From positions 1 through 58,591 of the IMG/VR virus record IMGVR_UViG_3300032893_000050: 58,591 bases of DNA. One strand, 5' to 3'. The position numbers and the translations under genes are program-made. Source of the DNA: a virus. Taxonomy: Duplodnaviria > Caudoviricetes. A model generated the notes under the pieces. That model saw only the letters and a program-made list of their open reading frames with translations. It was not told the origin of the DNA and ran no database searches. This document shows positions 9,248 through 19,421 of the stretch, one piece after another (position 1 is the stretch's first letter; each line of letters opens with the position of its first letter).

Positions 9248-10873
9248 ATGAAATGGCCCTGGAGCAAAAAGCCGTCGGCGTTTGAAGCCGAATACGACGC
9301 CGTCAAGAAGCTACCCGATCCAAACAACCAGCTTGTGGGGCCGTCGTGGTGGGAGGGGCGAGGCTACGAGAGCGACGCAGCGCCAATCATCCCGACGTTA
9401 GAGCGCGTCAACAAGCAGACTGGATTTGCTCGTCCTCCGATCATAGACCGGTTTCCTGTTTTAATCGGTCAGAACCTCACCGGGCAATATCTCAGCTCGG
9501 CGATGCGGCTATGCAACAGCGGCTATCGGTACCAGTACGTTGACGTCATTGACGAGCTGCTCGAGAACGACCCCGACACACGTGCGGTAGTTCGTGCACG
9601 TGTTCTAGGTGTCGCAAGCGGCCGCTACGAAGTACAGCCTGCAGAGCTACCAGGTTCGGCGACAGACGCGGAACGCAAGCTAGCTCAGACGGTAGCAGAC
9701 CGATACGAACTCGACTTCCGAAACATCCCCTGCCTAACCCAGCGACTGCAGCAGCTCGCTTGGGCTGACATCTACGCGGTCGCGGCCCACGAGATCATGT
9801 GGGAGCATCCGGACAGCAAAACGTGGTGCATCGAAGACCTGTCGTTCATTCACAGCCGGCGCCTCAACTACACGAATCCGGTCACGTGGGACTTGCACGT
9901 CTATGACCAGGGCCTGGTCGGTCCCGGCAGCGACTACATGGGTCCGACCGTGGGCGTCTATGGGCTGCCGGTTGCCAAGTACCCGGGCAAGTTCATCACT
10001 CACACGCCGAGTCTGTCGGGGCAGTACCCAACCCGCGATGGCGAGGCCCGCTACATCGCCTATTACATGCTGCTCAAGCGCATGGTGGTCAGGTGCACCG
10101 GGCAAGACTTCGAGCGGCTCCTGCGCCCCTGGGTGGTTGGCTACTTCAATCGCCAGATGGCCGAGGGACAGGACGCCCCGTTCGCCGACTACAAGGACAT
10201 CGCGGCCCTGAACGATGCCCTGGACGCGTTCGGGTCGGGCTCGATGAACGCGGCCGCGCTGCCCAACAGCGTCAAGGTCGAGATTCTCCGGGCCGTCACG
10301 GCTCTGTCGGCAGATCAGTTCCTGGCCTTCCTGAATCGCTCGATTGCCAAGTCGCTGATCGGGCAAGCTTTCACGACTGAACCGGGGCCGAACGGCAATT
10401 TGGCCACGGCCGAAGTCGCTGACAAGAACACGACCAAAATTCTGATTTACTCAGCGTCGTGCTTGTGTGACACCCTGCGACGTGACCTAGCAGTTCCGTG
10501 GCTACGTCTCAACTACCCGAACCTTTCGCGCGTCTACGCGCCGCGCCACGTTGTATCGGTTGACGATCTGCCGACCCCGCAAGAGCTGGCCAAGATCGTC
10601 AAAGACATGGCTGAGTGCGACTTGCCCATTGACGGCAAAGACGTTGCACAGCGGACAACCCTGAAGCTCACCGATCCGAATGACGCGACTGCGATCCGAA
10701 CCCGGATGCTTTCGCCACAATACGGCCCAAACCCTGCGGAGTCCGGCGAAGCCCCCAATACGGCAATCGGCGTCAAGAATGCCGACCAATCAAAGGCCGA
10801 CGACAAGACAGCCGACGGCAAGAAACCCAATCTCAAAGTTATCGGCAAATCACAGCCCTCAACAGAAAGCTAA
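9248..10873 (+). CDS. Portal protein, Mu gp29 / DUF935 type
   Basis: DELLENDP, AHEIMW, IAKSLIGQAFTT, LATAEV, VPWLRLNYP; position after terL. Confidence 0.9.
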   Translation: MKWPWSKKPSAFEAEYDAVKKLPDPNNQLVGPSWWEGRGYESDAAPIIPTLERVNKQTGFARPPIIDRFPVLIGQNLTGQYLSSAMRLCNSGYRYQYVDVIDELLENDPDTRAVVRARVLGVASGRYEVQPAELPGSATDAERKLAQTVADRYELDFRNIPCLTQRLQQLAWADIYAVAAHEIMWEHPDSKTWCIEDLSFIHSRRLNYTNPVTWDLHVYDQGLVGPGSDYMGPTVGVYGLPVAKYPGKFITHTPSLSGQYPTRDGEARYIAYYMLLKRMVVRCTGQDFERLLRPWVVGYFNRQMAEGQDAPFADYKDIAALNDALDAFGSGSMNAAALPNSVKVEILRAVTALSADQFLAFLNRSIAKSLIGQAFTTEPGPNGNLATAEVADKNTTKILIYSASCLCDTLRRDLAVPWLRLNYPNLSRVYAPRHVVSVDDLPTPQELAKIVKDMAECDLPIDGKDVAQRTTLKLTDPNDATAIRTRMLSPQYGPNPAESGEAPNTAIGVKNADQSKADDKTADGKKPNLKVIGKSQPSTES

Positions 10874-10876
10874 CCC

Positions 10877-11479
10877 ATGGCTCAGCCTCCGACCCTGCCA
10901 GCTCAGTCTCATATGCTACTCATTGACGAAGTCGCCAAAGAAGTGATCCGCTTTCTGTGCGGGCAACGCAAAGGCGTCATTCCGATCAAGCAGGTGCGGG
11001 TAGTCGCCACTAGCGCGCTTACGATTACCGGCAACTCCTACACGGTTGATAGCGTCAATCTATCGACTGGCGATCGCGTGCTCCTGACCGCTCAGAGTTC
11101 GAACCTGGCCAATGGCATCTATGTCGCCACCGTGACATCGACGACGATGACGCTGGCGCGCGACGTTGACGCCAATGAAGAGAACGATTTCCAGTCCGGC
11201 ATGCTGGTAGCGGTTGGCGAGGGGACCGTTTACGGTGGAACGCTCTGGAGAGTTACGACCGCTGGCTGGCCCGGAACCAAGACGCTTGGCAATGATGCTC
11301 TAGTGTTTGCACAGCTGACGACATTGGGAGTCACCGGTGCAACGGGCGCGACTGGCCCGACCCTTTCCGTCTCGGCGCCGTCTGGCGTCACCGTGCCAAC
11401 CAACGCCACCACAATCGTGTTTGGAACGGGTCTGTCCGGTAGCATGTCGGGAACGACTCTCACGCTCTGGAAGCCGTAA
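10877..11479 (+). CDS. Virion decoration / fibre-like protein with short collagen-like stretch
   Basis: GDRVLLTAQ...NGIYV domain; GVTGATGATGP. Confidence 0.65.
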   Translation: MAQPPTLPAQSHMLLIDEVAKEVIRFLCGQRKGVIPIKQVRVVATSALTITGNSYTVDSVNLSTGDRVLLTAQSSNLANGIYVATVTSTTMTLARDVDANEENDFQSGMLVAVGEGTVYGGTLWRVTTAGWPGTKTLGNDALVFAQLTTLGVTGATGATGPTLSVSAPSGVTVPTNATTIVFGTGLSGSMSGTTLTLWKP

Positions 11480-11481
11480 GA

Positions 11482-12540
11482 GTGACGATAGCGGCCGCAA
11501 TCCTAGCCGGCGGCAATCGTGAGCACCTCATCGGCGACGCCATCAAGAGCGTCGACCCGATGGTGGACCACGTTGTGCTGATCGACACCGGTTCGTCTGC
11601 AAAGGCAGCCATTCAGGTTGGCCGCGAGCTGTTGGGAGACCGGTGCACAGTCTTTGAGATGCCGGAGCCGTTCGACTGCGCGACGGGGCGGAACTTCTGC
11701 CTTGATCGCGCGCACGAGCTCGGCTTCGACTGGGCTCTACCGCTCGACACCGATGAGCGCATGCACGGCGATCCCGCAACGGTTCGTCGAATGCTGGACG
11801 AACTGAAGCACATTGACCACATCCTGATCGACGACGCTTCGGGCCTCTACAAGAAACCAAAGTTCATCCGGGTACCACGTAGCGGTTACTGGGATGGGGT
11901 CGTTCACGAGGCATACGTCAGCATGGCGCCGCGTGCGGTCGCGATTGGCATCACGTTCTCAGAAGTGCCCAAGTGCCCGGTCGAGCAAATCTGCCTGATC
12001 GCCACGGTCGAGTACCAGACCCGCAAGGCTCTTGAGCAAGACCCCAACAACGCCCGCTATCACTACTACCGTGGCGACTCACTGGCGGCGCTGGATAGAT
12101 TCGACGAAGCCGTCGAGGAATTCCTGCAGGCGGCCAAGCTGAGTCGGTGGGACGAGGAAATCGACTGGAGCCACTACCGAGCCGCCCAGACCCGGTATTG
12201 CCAGGCCCACTACGAGGAATCGATCGGCATCTGCCTCGACTCCACGATGCGAATCCCTGAGCTGCCCTGGTTGGCAGCGCTCGGATACCATTCGCTGAAA
12301 CGATACGACCTCGAAATCGAGATGGCCAACAAGGCTGCTGATTTGGCCGCCGTGCAACGCAAGACCGAACGGGTTGGCTTCGCGAACCGGTACGCCTGGT
12401 GGGAAGGGCCTTTTGATTGTCTCAGGTGGGCTTATCACGAGCTGGGCAACCTTGAGCGGGAGACCGTCGCCTACGTGAAGTTCCTGTCCCTCAAAGACGA
12501 ACGCGAGAAGCACGACAAGCTAACCCGACTGGCAGCCTAG
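11482..12540 (+). CDS. Family 2 glycosyltransferase with TPR repeats
   Basis: LIDTGSS, RNFCL, DTDE (DxD), WDGVVHE; TPR DPNNARYHYYRGDSL. Confidence 0.85.
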   Translation: MTIAAAILAGGNREHLIGDAIKSVDPMVDHVVLIDTGSSAKAAIQVGRELLGDRCTVFEMPEPFDCATGRNFCLDRAHELGFDWALPLDTDERMHGDPATVRRMLDELKHIDHILIDDASGLYKKPKFIRVPRSGYWDGVVHEAYVSMAPRAVAIGITFSEVPKCPVEQICLIATVEYQTRKALEQDPNNARYHYYRGDSLAALDRFDEAVEEFLQAAKLSRWDEEIDWSHYRAAQTRYCQAHYEESIGICLDSTMRIPELPWLAALGYHSLKRYDLEIEMANKAADLAAVQRKTERVGFANRYAWWEGPFDCLRWAYHELGNLERETVAYVKFLSLKDEREKHDKLTRLAA

Positions 12541-12552
12541 AAAGACTCTACC

Positions 12553-13035
12553 GTGGGACTAACGATTACCTCAAGACTCAACTCGTTTGCGAGCGGCGTT
12601 GTGTCCGTGGCCCGCTCGGGCACGGGCGCCATTGCCGCCGACAACACGACCCTGAGCGACGCCAACATACCGCCCGCATCGGGAGTTGATTGCTACCTGT
12701 ACGACACCGTATTTATCGGCGTCGAAATCACAGGTGGTTCAAGCCCGACCATGACGATTGAGCCGCTGTTTCGCGACTCAACGGATGCAGCCGACGGCGC
12801 GCGCTGGTTCCGGGTTGTGTGCGGAGCGACTGATGGCGTAACACCAGCGTCAGCCGCGAACCTGACTACCGGCGCCCTTGCCAGCAACGTCAACTTCGCC
12901 GAGATCAAGGTCTTCGGTAGCCGCAACGTGTTCTTCCGCGTCACTGCGGTCGCAAACGCCACCAACACGACCGCCTGGAAGATTCTTGTGTTCCCCGGCA
13001 AGGTCCGAATCCCGACAGGTCTGTCACGTGGCTAA
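12553..13035 (+). CDS. Hypothetical virion-associated protein
   Basis: Beta-rich, Thr/Ala-rich ORF in head module. Confidence 0.55.
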   Translation: MGLTITSRLNSFASGVVSVARSGTGAIAADNTTLSDANIPPASGVDCYLYDTVFIGVEITGGSSPTMTIEPLFRDSTDAADGARWFRVVCGATDGVTPASAANLTTGALASNVNFAEIKVFGSRNVFFRVTAVANATNTTAWKILVFPGKVRIPTGLSRG

Positions 13036-13234
13036 GGCGTCTGCGGCCAAGAAGCAGCCGGTCCGCAAGGCTGCCCCTCGAGCGCGCAATCTCAAGCTGG
13101 TCAGCCCTCCAACGATCAAGATGGCGTGCCGGTCCTGCAACAAGACTCACGACGTCGATAAAGACAAGGCATTCGCGGGTCCCGTCAACTGCCCAGACTG
13201 CTTTGTCCAACTCGTTCCCGCAGAACTGTTCTAA
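13028..13234 (+). CDS. Small basic zinc-ribbon protein
   Basis: GTG start overlapping upstream gene; CRSC...CPDC. Confidence 0.5.
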   Translation: MAKASAAKKQPVRKAAPRARNLKLVSPPTIKMACRSCNKTHDVDKDKAFAGPVNCPDCFVQLVPAELF

Positions 13235-13236
13235 CA

Positions 13237-16200
13237 ATGCCGTACTTGCAGGAGCACGCCGCCCGGCAACATCAGCCCGGTGAATACAAGAGCTTTGCCC
13301 GCAAGGCTTTGCCCGGCATCAAGGGAATTGACGCCATTTACGGCGTCCGCAAGAGCGACGGCAAGACCGAGATTCAGTCGTTCAGATTCGACAAGAAGGT
13401 TTGGTCGCCATCGAAGGCCAGAGCCTGGCTGAAGCAGCACGGCAAGCGCGCCAACGTTGAAGCCGCCAAGTCCACCAAGGCTAGCGTGCCCTCAGATCTA
13501 TCCCCCGTTGCAACGGAGCAATCCTTGTCCACCAAGCAAACAGTCGCAGACGACGTCCGCGAGCAGCTGTCGGACGACTATCCACCGGAGTCTACCCAGT
13601 GGGTCGAGTCCGTGCAGTGGGATGGCCCGAAGTCTGTCTCGCTGGTCGATATCGATTTCGCCAACGAGCAGAAATGGCGTGCGTCGGCTGAGCCCGAGAA
13701 AATTCTCAAGTTCGCCAAGAAGATCCAAAAAGGCAAGCTCAAGCCGATGGTACTCGCCAAGGTGCCCGGGAACGAGAAGCTCGTCGTTCTAGACGGACAT
13801 CACCGCGCGTTGGCCAATCGTGCTCTTGGGCGCCCCGGGCTCGCCTACGTGGCGACGGTGCCGAGCAACAAGGGTCCCTGGATGGAGATGCACTCCAGTC
13901 AGACGCACGGCCCCAGCACGTTTTCGATCGAGACCACCGACGCCATCCTGCTGTCGATCGCAAAAGCGCCCACCGACCTATCTGACAATGTTCTGTCCCA
14001 GCTCTCCAAGGACTACCCCCCCGAGGCAACCGCATGGGTCAAGCAGGCGACTTGGTCTGGGCCTCGGACGATTTCGATGAGCAGCGTCGACCTCTCGCAA
14101 GAACAGCAGTGGCGAGCTGCCTCGGAGCCCAAGAAGGTCGAAAAGATCGCCAAAAAGATCCAGAAGGGGAAGCTCAAGCCGATCATCGCGGTGCAGTCTC
14201 CCGACTCCGACAAGTACACGGTCGTTGACGGGCATCACCATGCGCTTGCCTATCTCGATCTTGGCCGCGATCCAGTCGCGTACGTCGGTCAGGTACCCAG
14301 CAAGCATGGTCCGTGGACGGACATGCACTCCAAACAAATCGAGGATCCGAGCCCGATGTCCCTGCAGCCTGAGCAACAGACTCTATTCGACGTCGGCGTG
14401 GGCGCCGTGCATGTGCCAGGAACCGTCAAAGCAAAGCCACAGAAGCTATACGTGAGTGCGAAGCAGCGCGACAAGATGCCCGCGTCCCAGTTTGGTGATC
14501 CGGCGAATAAGTCCTACCCAATCCACGATAAAGCGCACGCCGACAACGCTGCGGCTCGCCTTGAGCAGCAAAAGGGCTCGATGTCTCCAGGTAAGTACGC
14601 CGCAATCAAACGGCGCATCAAGGCCGCCCAGCGTCGTTTTGGCGAAAAGCCAGGAACCAAGTCGTCGATCGTAAGTCCTTCAGGCTATCGCATTAGCCTG
14701 CGGCATCCCGGCGGTGGCAGCACGGTCATCCAGCACCGCATGAGTGCTCTATCAGGTGAGCAGGCCCTGACGGCCATGTGGCTACCAGATCCGGGTCAGC
14801 TACTGACCTACATTCCGATCGACAAGACCGAAGCGCTTGCCGAGCCACAAGCTGACGAGTCTGGCAACAAGCGCATCTGGGTCCAGATTGCCCGCACGGG
14901 TGCATGGGCGGGACATCCCCAGGGTGCGTTTGCGATCACTCCCTCGACCCTGGACCAGATGGTCCAGAACTTCTACGCGCAGGACTTCGGCCGCATCCAG
15001 TGGGACTTCGACCACGCTTCGGCGATGCCTGCGAACTCGGGCACGTTGCCTCAAATCGGCAAGCCCGCGCAGGGATGGATCTACGCGCTTAGACGCGAGG
15101 GCGACAGGTTGTTTGCACTGACCGAATGGCTGCCGCTTGCCAAGCAGTACATCAAGAATGACCAGTATACAGGCGTAAGCCCAGTCATCAATTGGCACTT
15201 CGCGGATCGGGCCACTGGCAAAGAAGTGGGTCCAACGATCACATCGGTCGCTCTCACGAATCTGCCTTTCATCACCGGCATGGACCGCCCCATCGCGGCC
15301 AGCCTCCACGGTATCGCTCGCAATCAACGAGGACCAATGCCTGTTCCACTCACCGAAATTGACGCGGGTGCTCAGCTGCTCGATACGGGCGAGCCCTATT
15401 GCTATTACTCCGATGCGGATTTGATGTCGCAGCTTAAGCAGGTTTTTGGACTGCACGAGCTAGCGACCGCGCAGCAATGCAAAGCCGCGCTATCGAATCT
15501 GACTGATCATCTCGATGCTGTAGACGGCGACGGTTCGGCGCACCACGAGGGCGTGGATCTCGGCACCTACATCGCGAAAATGCGCGATCTGATCAGTGGC
15601 GCCAAAGGGATGAGCGCCACCGAAGTCCTGCAGTTTCTGGATGGAATTCTCGACGCCTACATGAAGGAAAACGGCATTGCCGATCCGGACGAAGACTTGT
15701 CGCTGAGCGCTGCTGCCCCGCAGATTGACGCGCCCGCGGCCGCAGTCGAACCATCAACGGTCGCCACGGCGGCCTCAACGGAAGGAGCCATCGTGGCTGA
15801 CCCTCAAACACCGCCGGTCGTCGCAACCGATCCGGCAACCGTGACGCCTGCCGGCACGGCAACTCCGCCCGTAACGCCTGCCACCGAGACCGCGGCTAGC
15901 GTTGCATCCACCGAAACCCCAACGCTTGAGCAGTCTGAATTGATTCTGCGCGTCGCGGCCCTGGAGGCCGAGAACACGCAGCTCAAGACGCAGATGCAAA
16001 GTCTATCAGCTTCTGCTGAGACCGAGGAACAGCGGCTCAGTGCTGAAGTTGATTCAGTAATCCGCGTCTACGGTCAGAGCAAGGGTCTCAAGCCTGAGCT
16101 GAAGCCTCATCTGTTGCAGCTCCTCAAAGCGAAGCCCGACGCATTCCGGGCCGCGTATCCGCCGGTTGCGCCAGACCAGGAGCACTTGCTGCTCAATCTC

Positions 16201-16437
16201 ACGGGTGGCGGGGCGTCGAATCCGAACGCACCCGGTGCACGCGTTCCCGCCGATACGGCCCTGGACATCAATCCACCGACTCGGTTGAACGAGCATCAAG
16301 CCATTCTGGCGCTCGGTCTCAACGGTCTAACCGATCAACTCGTGGAAGCGGGGATCCCGTTCTCCATCGCACAAATCAAGGCGGACCAGAAAATCCGCGA
16401 GGCCCGCCAGGCCCTAGAAGCAACCCGACAAGGATAA
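13237..16437 (+). CDS. Prohead protease/scaffold polyprotein (Mu protease I-like) with two ParB-like domains and a DUF6582-like domain
   Basis: WVQIARTG, WDFDH, AQGWI, TGVSP, VALTNLPFI; DGHHR and DGHHH domains; YPIHDKAHADNA; C-terminal coiled coil. Confidence 0.85.
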   Translation: MPYLQEHAARQHQPGEYKSFARKALPGIKGIDAIYGVRKSDGKTEIQSFRFDKKVWSPSKARAWLKQHGKRANVEAAKSTKASVPSDLSPVATEQSLSTKQTVADDVREQLSDDYPPESTQWVESVQWDGPKSVSLVDIDFANEQKWRASAEPEKILKFAKKIQKGKLKPMVLAKVPGNEKLVVLDGHHRALANRALGRPGLAYVATVPSNKGPWMEMHSSQTHGPSTFSIETTDAILLSIAKAPTDLSDNVLSQLSKDYPPEATAWVKQATWSGPRTISMSSVDLSQEQQWRAASEPKKVEKIAKKIQKGKLKPIIAVQSPDSDKYTVVDGHHHALAYLDLGRDPVAYVGQVPSKHGPWTDMHSKQIEDPSPMSLQPEQQTLFDVGVGAVHVPGTVKAKPQKLYVSAKQRDKMPASQFGDPANKSYPIHDKAHADNAAARLEQQKGSMSPGKYAAIKRRIKAAQRRFGEKPGTKSSIVSPSGYRISLRHPGGGSTVIQHRMSALSGEQALTAMWLPDPGQLLTYIPIDKTEALAEPQADESGNKRIWVQIARTGAWAGHPQGAFAITPSTLDQMVQNFYAQDFGRIQWDFDHASAMPANSGTLPQIGKPAQGWIYALRREGDRLFALTEWLPLAKQYIKNDQYTGVSPVINWHFADRATGKEVGPTITSVALTNLPFITGMDRPIAASLHGIARNQRGPMPVPLTEIDAGAQLLDTGEPYCYYSDADLMSQLKQVFGLHELATAQQCKAALSNLTDHLDAVDGDGSAHHEGVDLGTYIAKMRDLISGAKGMSATEVLQFLDGILDAYMKENGIADPDEDLSLSAAAPQIDAPAAAVEPSTVATAASTEGAIVADPQTPPVVATDPATVTPAGTATPPVTPATETAASVASTETPTLEQSELILRVAALEAENTQLKTQMQSLSASAETEEQRLSAEVDSVIRVYGQSKGLKPELKPHLLQLLKAKPDAFRAAYPPVAPDQEHLLLNLTGGGASNPNAPGARVPADTALDINPPTRLNEHQAILALGLNGLTDQLVEAGIPFSIAQIKADQKIREARQALEATRQG

Positions 16438-16441
16438 TCAC

Positions 16442-16888
16442 ATGACTACTCTTCCGTATGTTCAAATCGGCGAAGGGCCTGACTACACTTCAGTGCCCGT
16501 CTACAACGCAGGCCAGACCACAATCTACGCTGGCTCTCCGCTTGTCGTTGACTCTGCGAATCCCATGAATAGCGCAGGGACAAACAATCAAATTGCCGTC
16601 GCGACGCCCGTTGCGGCCGCATCGGCGCTCATCGTTGGAATCGCTCGACAAGACATTCCAGCAACCAGCGAAGGCCGCATGGTCCCGATTGGCCCCGTCG
16701 TTACGGGCGTCTGTGACGTCGCCGGTGTGACCGCTGGTGCTCAAGTCGCTGCTGGCACAACCAGCCCCTACACGGCCCTGACGATGGCAGCCGGAGGCAG
16801 TGCCGCGTTTGGCATCGCGCTGGCTTCCGGAGCATCCGGAGAGACCATCCCCTATGTACTCACCTACATCGCGTACGCGCATTCATAA
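16442..16888 (+). CDS. Capsid cement / decoration protein (DUF2190-like)
   Basis: IVGIARQDI, FGIALASGASGE; between protease and capsid genes. Confidence 0.7.
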   Translation: MTTLPYVQIGEGPDYTSVPVYNAGQTTIYAGSPLVVDSANPMNSAGTNNQIAVATPVAAASALIVGIARQDIPATSEGRMVPIGPVVTGVCDVAGVTAGAQVAAGTTSPYTALTMAAGGSAAFGIALASGASGETIPYVLTYIAYAHS

Positions 16889-16926
16889 GGGTCAATCCTA
16901 TCACTCTTCACACAAGGACTACAAAA

Positions 16927-18423
16927 ATGTCTGATGAACACATTGTCCCTCTCTCGTACGCAAATGAGTCTGATGCTCAGGTGCTTTCGGTTCAAGTTGA
17001 CGGTCGCCCTGTTCGTATCGACGTTGTGACCGGTCATCTATTCGACAGATTCGGCAACGACGCTGGCCGTTGGTCTCCCATGGAAGAGACCAGGATCCAA
17101 GATCAGAACACGGCCCTTTCGCGTTCCGCACATCGCGAATCCGCGCACCAATCCGCCCTCGGTATTGCCGGATCATGCGTGAGCCCGCATGGTCACGAAT
17201 ATGTCCAGAGCGTCGCGAGAAGCTACCAAGCTCTTTCGATTGCAAACTCGGAGCAGCGCGCCCAGTATCTGGAAACCGGTACCTACAAGGAAACGGCCGC
17301 AAAAACTCGGATCGATCCCAAGGCTGCCAAGTTCCTGACTGATTGGCGTAACGCTAATCAGACCGAGCAGACTCAGTTGCTTTCAGCAGCGACGCCAGAG
17401 CAAATGAAGCTGCTTGTTGCGGCTGCGTCCCAGGCTCTTGACGTTGGGGTTGCTGACGTTCACGTCGCGCAAGCGCTGCCGAACTTCATCACCGGATACC
17501 ACAACGAGGGTCCCGTAGCGGACGTATATTCGCCTCCGTTGGTTGTGCAACACAAGTCCGATTACTACTGGCAATACAAGAAGGAAGACGCGTTCCAGCG
17601 TGCTCTTCCGCAGCTTGGCGCAGCCGGCGGTGCCCCGTCCGAGATCTTCCCACGATTCGGAAACACGGAGTTCACGGCGATTCAGCGTGCCGTCGCGGCA
17701 TTCGTGCCCACGGAGGTCGAGGCCAACCAAGACGCTCCGCTGCAAATCAAGCTCGGACATGAGAACCGTATGCTGGATGCGGCAATTCTGGAACGAGAAA
17801 TCCGCACCCAGGCGCTGGCTCGCACGTCCGGAAACTGGAACAGCGCAACCACGCTGGCCACCACCTATCAGTGGAACGGCGGCGCCAACAGTGATCCGGT
17901 CAAGGACATCCAGACCATCATCGAGTCCAGCTATGGTGAGCCCAATGCGATGATCATCCCGGGTCACATCTGGCACGATATGGTCCGGAACCCCGCGGTT
18001 CGCTCGTACTACACATACGGCGGGTCGACCCCTGGAATCCTCACGGACCAGCAAATGGCCGCGCTGCTTCGTCTGCCTGAGATTTACGTGGCGCGGATGA
18101 AGTACATCAACACTTCGGGTGCCCTAAAGTACGTATGGGGTGACGACATCACCGTGTTCAGGCGCCCGCTTGCGATGCCGCCCGTGAATCAACGCGACGT
18201 ATGCACGTCCGTGACGTTCCGGTGGGCGATGCAGAACATCAAGATCCCCGACGGGCAAACGTTCTCGCCCGAGATGACGGACGGTCGCGGCTGGGTCATG
18301 CGGCAGTTCTTCAATCAAATTCGCGGTGGTCTCGGCGGAATCCAGATGATTCTGTGCCTGGCTGACGCGGAAGTCCAGACGAGCAAGTATATCGGCAACC
18401 TGCTGATCAACGCTCATCAGTAG
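16927..18423 (+). CDS. Major capsid protein with long N-terminal extension
   Basis: LPNFITGYHN..VAD, QWNGGANSDPVKDI, PNAMII, YVWGD, GNLLINA. Confidence 0.85.
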   Translation: MSDEHIVPLSYANESDAQVLSVQVDGRPVRIDVVTGHLFDRFGNDAGRWSPMEETRIQDQNTALSRSAHRESAHQSALGIAGSCVSPHGHEYVQSVARSYQALSIANSEQRAQYLETGTYKETAAKTRIDPKAAKFLTDWRNANQTEQTQLLSAATPEQMKLLVAAASQALDVGVADVHVAQALPNFITGYHNEGPVADVYSPPLVVQHKSDYYWQYKKEDAFQRALPQLGAAGGAPSEIFPRFGNTEFTAIQRAVAAFVPTEVEANQDAPLQIKLGHENRMLDAAILEREIRTQALARTSGNWNSATTLATTYQWNGGANSDPVKDIQTIIESSYGEPNAMIIPGHIWHDMVRNPAVRSYYTYGGSTPGILTDQQMAALLRLPEIYVARMKYINTSGALKYVWGDDITVFRRPLAMPPVNQRDVCTSVTFRWAMQNIKIPDGQTFSPEMTDGRGWVMRQFFNQIRGGLGGIQMILCLADAEVQTSKYIGNLLINAHQ

Positions 18424-18436
18424 ACGTGGTCATGAT

Positions 18437-18459
18437 AGGGGCGGCGTAGTGTCGCCCCT
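18437..18459 (+). terminator. GC hairpin after capsid gene (no U tract)
   Basis: aggggcggc-gtagt-gtcgcccct. Confidence 0.4.
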
Positions 18460-18476
18460 CATCCAAGGAGGCGAAC

Positions 18477-18920
18477 ATGTCACAACCTAATCAACAGCAA
18501 CAATCTCAATCGCAAAGCCCTCGGGCTCAAACGCTCAAGATTCGCATGAAGCCCGGATGTGGCCGCATGCTGATCGGGCGCAAATACAAGCTCATTGACG
18601 ACACTATCGTTGCTCGGCGCCCAAAGACGCGGGACGACATTGCAGACGTGGTGGACGAATATTTGGAGCAAGGACAGGTTGCCGAGGTAACACTGGAGCA
18701 AATTGCCGCACTGCTTGGCAAAGACGGCAAACCTGCTCGTTCCGTCGAAGGCTATAGGATGCGCAAGATCGAAGGCAAGCTCTTGACCCACGACAAGCAG
18801 GGCAACGAGCTACCACACCCAGTCCAGACCGAGGACACGTGGACGGCGTCGAATGTCGTCTGGCAAGGCAACGAGCTGATTGCATCCCATCCGGATTGTC
18901 CCATCGAGATTGTGAGCTAA
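18477..18920 (+). CDS. Hypothetical protein
   Basis: AAGGAGG RBS. Confidence 0.65.
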   Translation: MSQPNQQQQSQSQSPRAQTLKIRMKPGCGRMLIGRKYKLIDDTIVARRPKTRDDIADVVDEYLEQGQVAEVTLEQIAALLGKDGKPARSVEGYRMRKIEGKLLTHDKQGNELPHPVQTEDTWTASNVVWQGNELIASHPDCPIEIVS

Positions 18921-18924
18921 CACA

Positions 18925-19419
18925 ATGGGATTAGAGACGCCCCTGATTACGGCCGCGCAATTGCGGGCGTCTCTTACGCCAGAGGTCTATCTGGCCATCT
19001 TCGACGATGATCGGACTGGTGACATTGATAGCGTGGACGTTTCTGACGGGGTCTTGGAAGTACTCAATGACGCGCACGCGCTGACAATCTCGTCTCTTGG
19101 TCCCCTGTACGCTAGGCTGCCAACAAGTTCCGACGCGAAGGTTTCAATCCTTCTCAAGGCAGCCGAAAAGCAGTGGGCTCGAGCGTTCGCGTTTGAGCGG
19201 CGCCCTGAGTTCGAGCACGAATACGGGTATGGTGGCGAGAAGAGTAAGGCGGAGTCCAGGGCCAAGCGGATCCTGGATGAAATCCGAGCCGACCTAATGC
19301 AGATAGTTGATGCACCACCCGAACCCCAGCCGCGCAATGTAGGCGGCATCATTCGTCGGCGCGTCCAGCGAGTATTCCTAGACGGGCCAAACGGCGAGCG
19401 CAACTCTGGCGACTTCTAG
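18925..19419 (+). CDS. Head-tail adaptor (Mu gp36 / DUF1320-like)
   Basis: DDDRTGDID, LGPLYARLP, AKRILDEIR; synteny. Confidence 0.65.
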   Translation: MGLETPLITAAQLRASLTPEVYLAIFDDDRTGDIDSVDVSDGVLEVLNDAHALTISSLGPLYARLPTSSDAKVSILLKAAEKQWARAFAFERRPEFEHEYGYGGEKSKAESRAKRILDEIRADLMQIVDAPPEPQPRNVGGIIRRRVQRVFLDGPNGERNSGDF

Positions 19420-19421
19420 GC

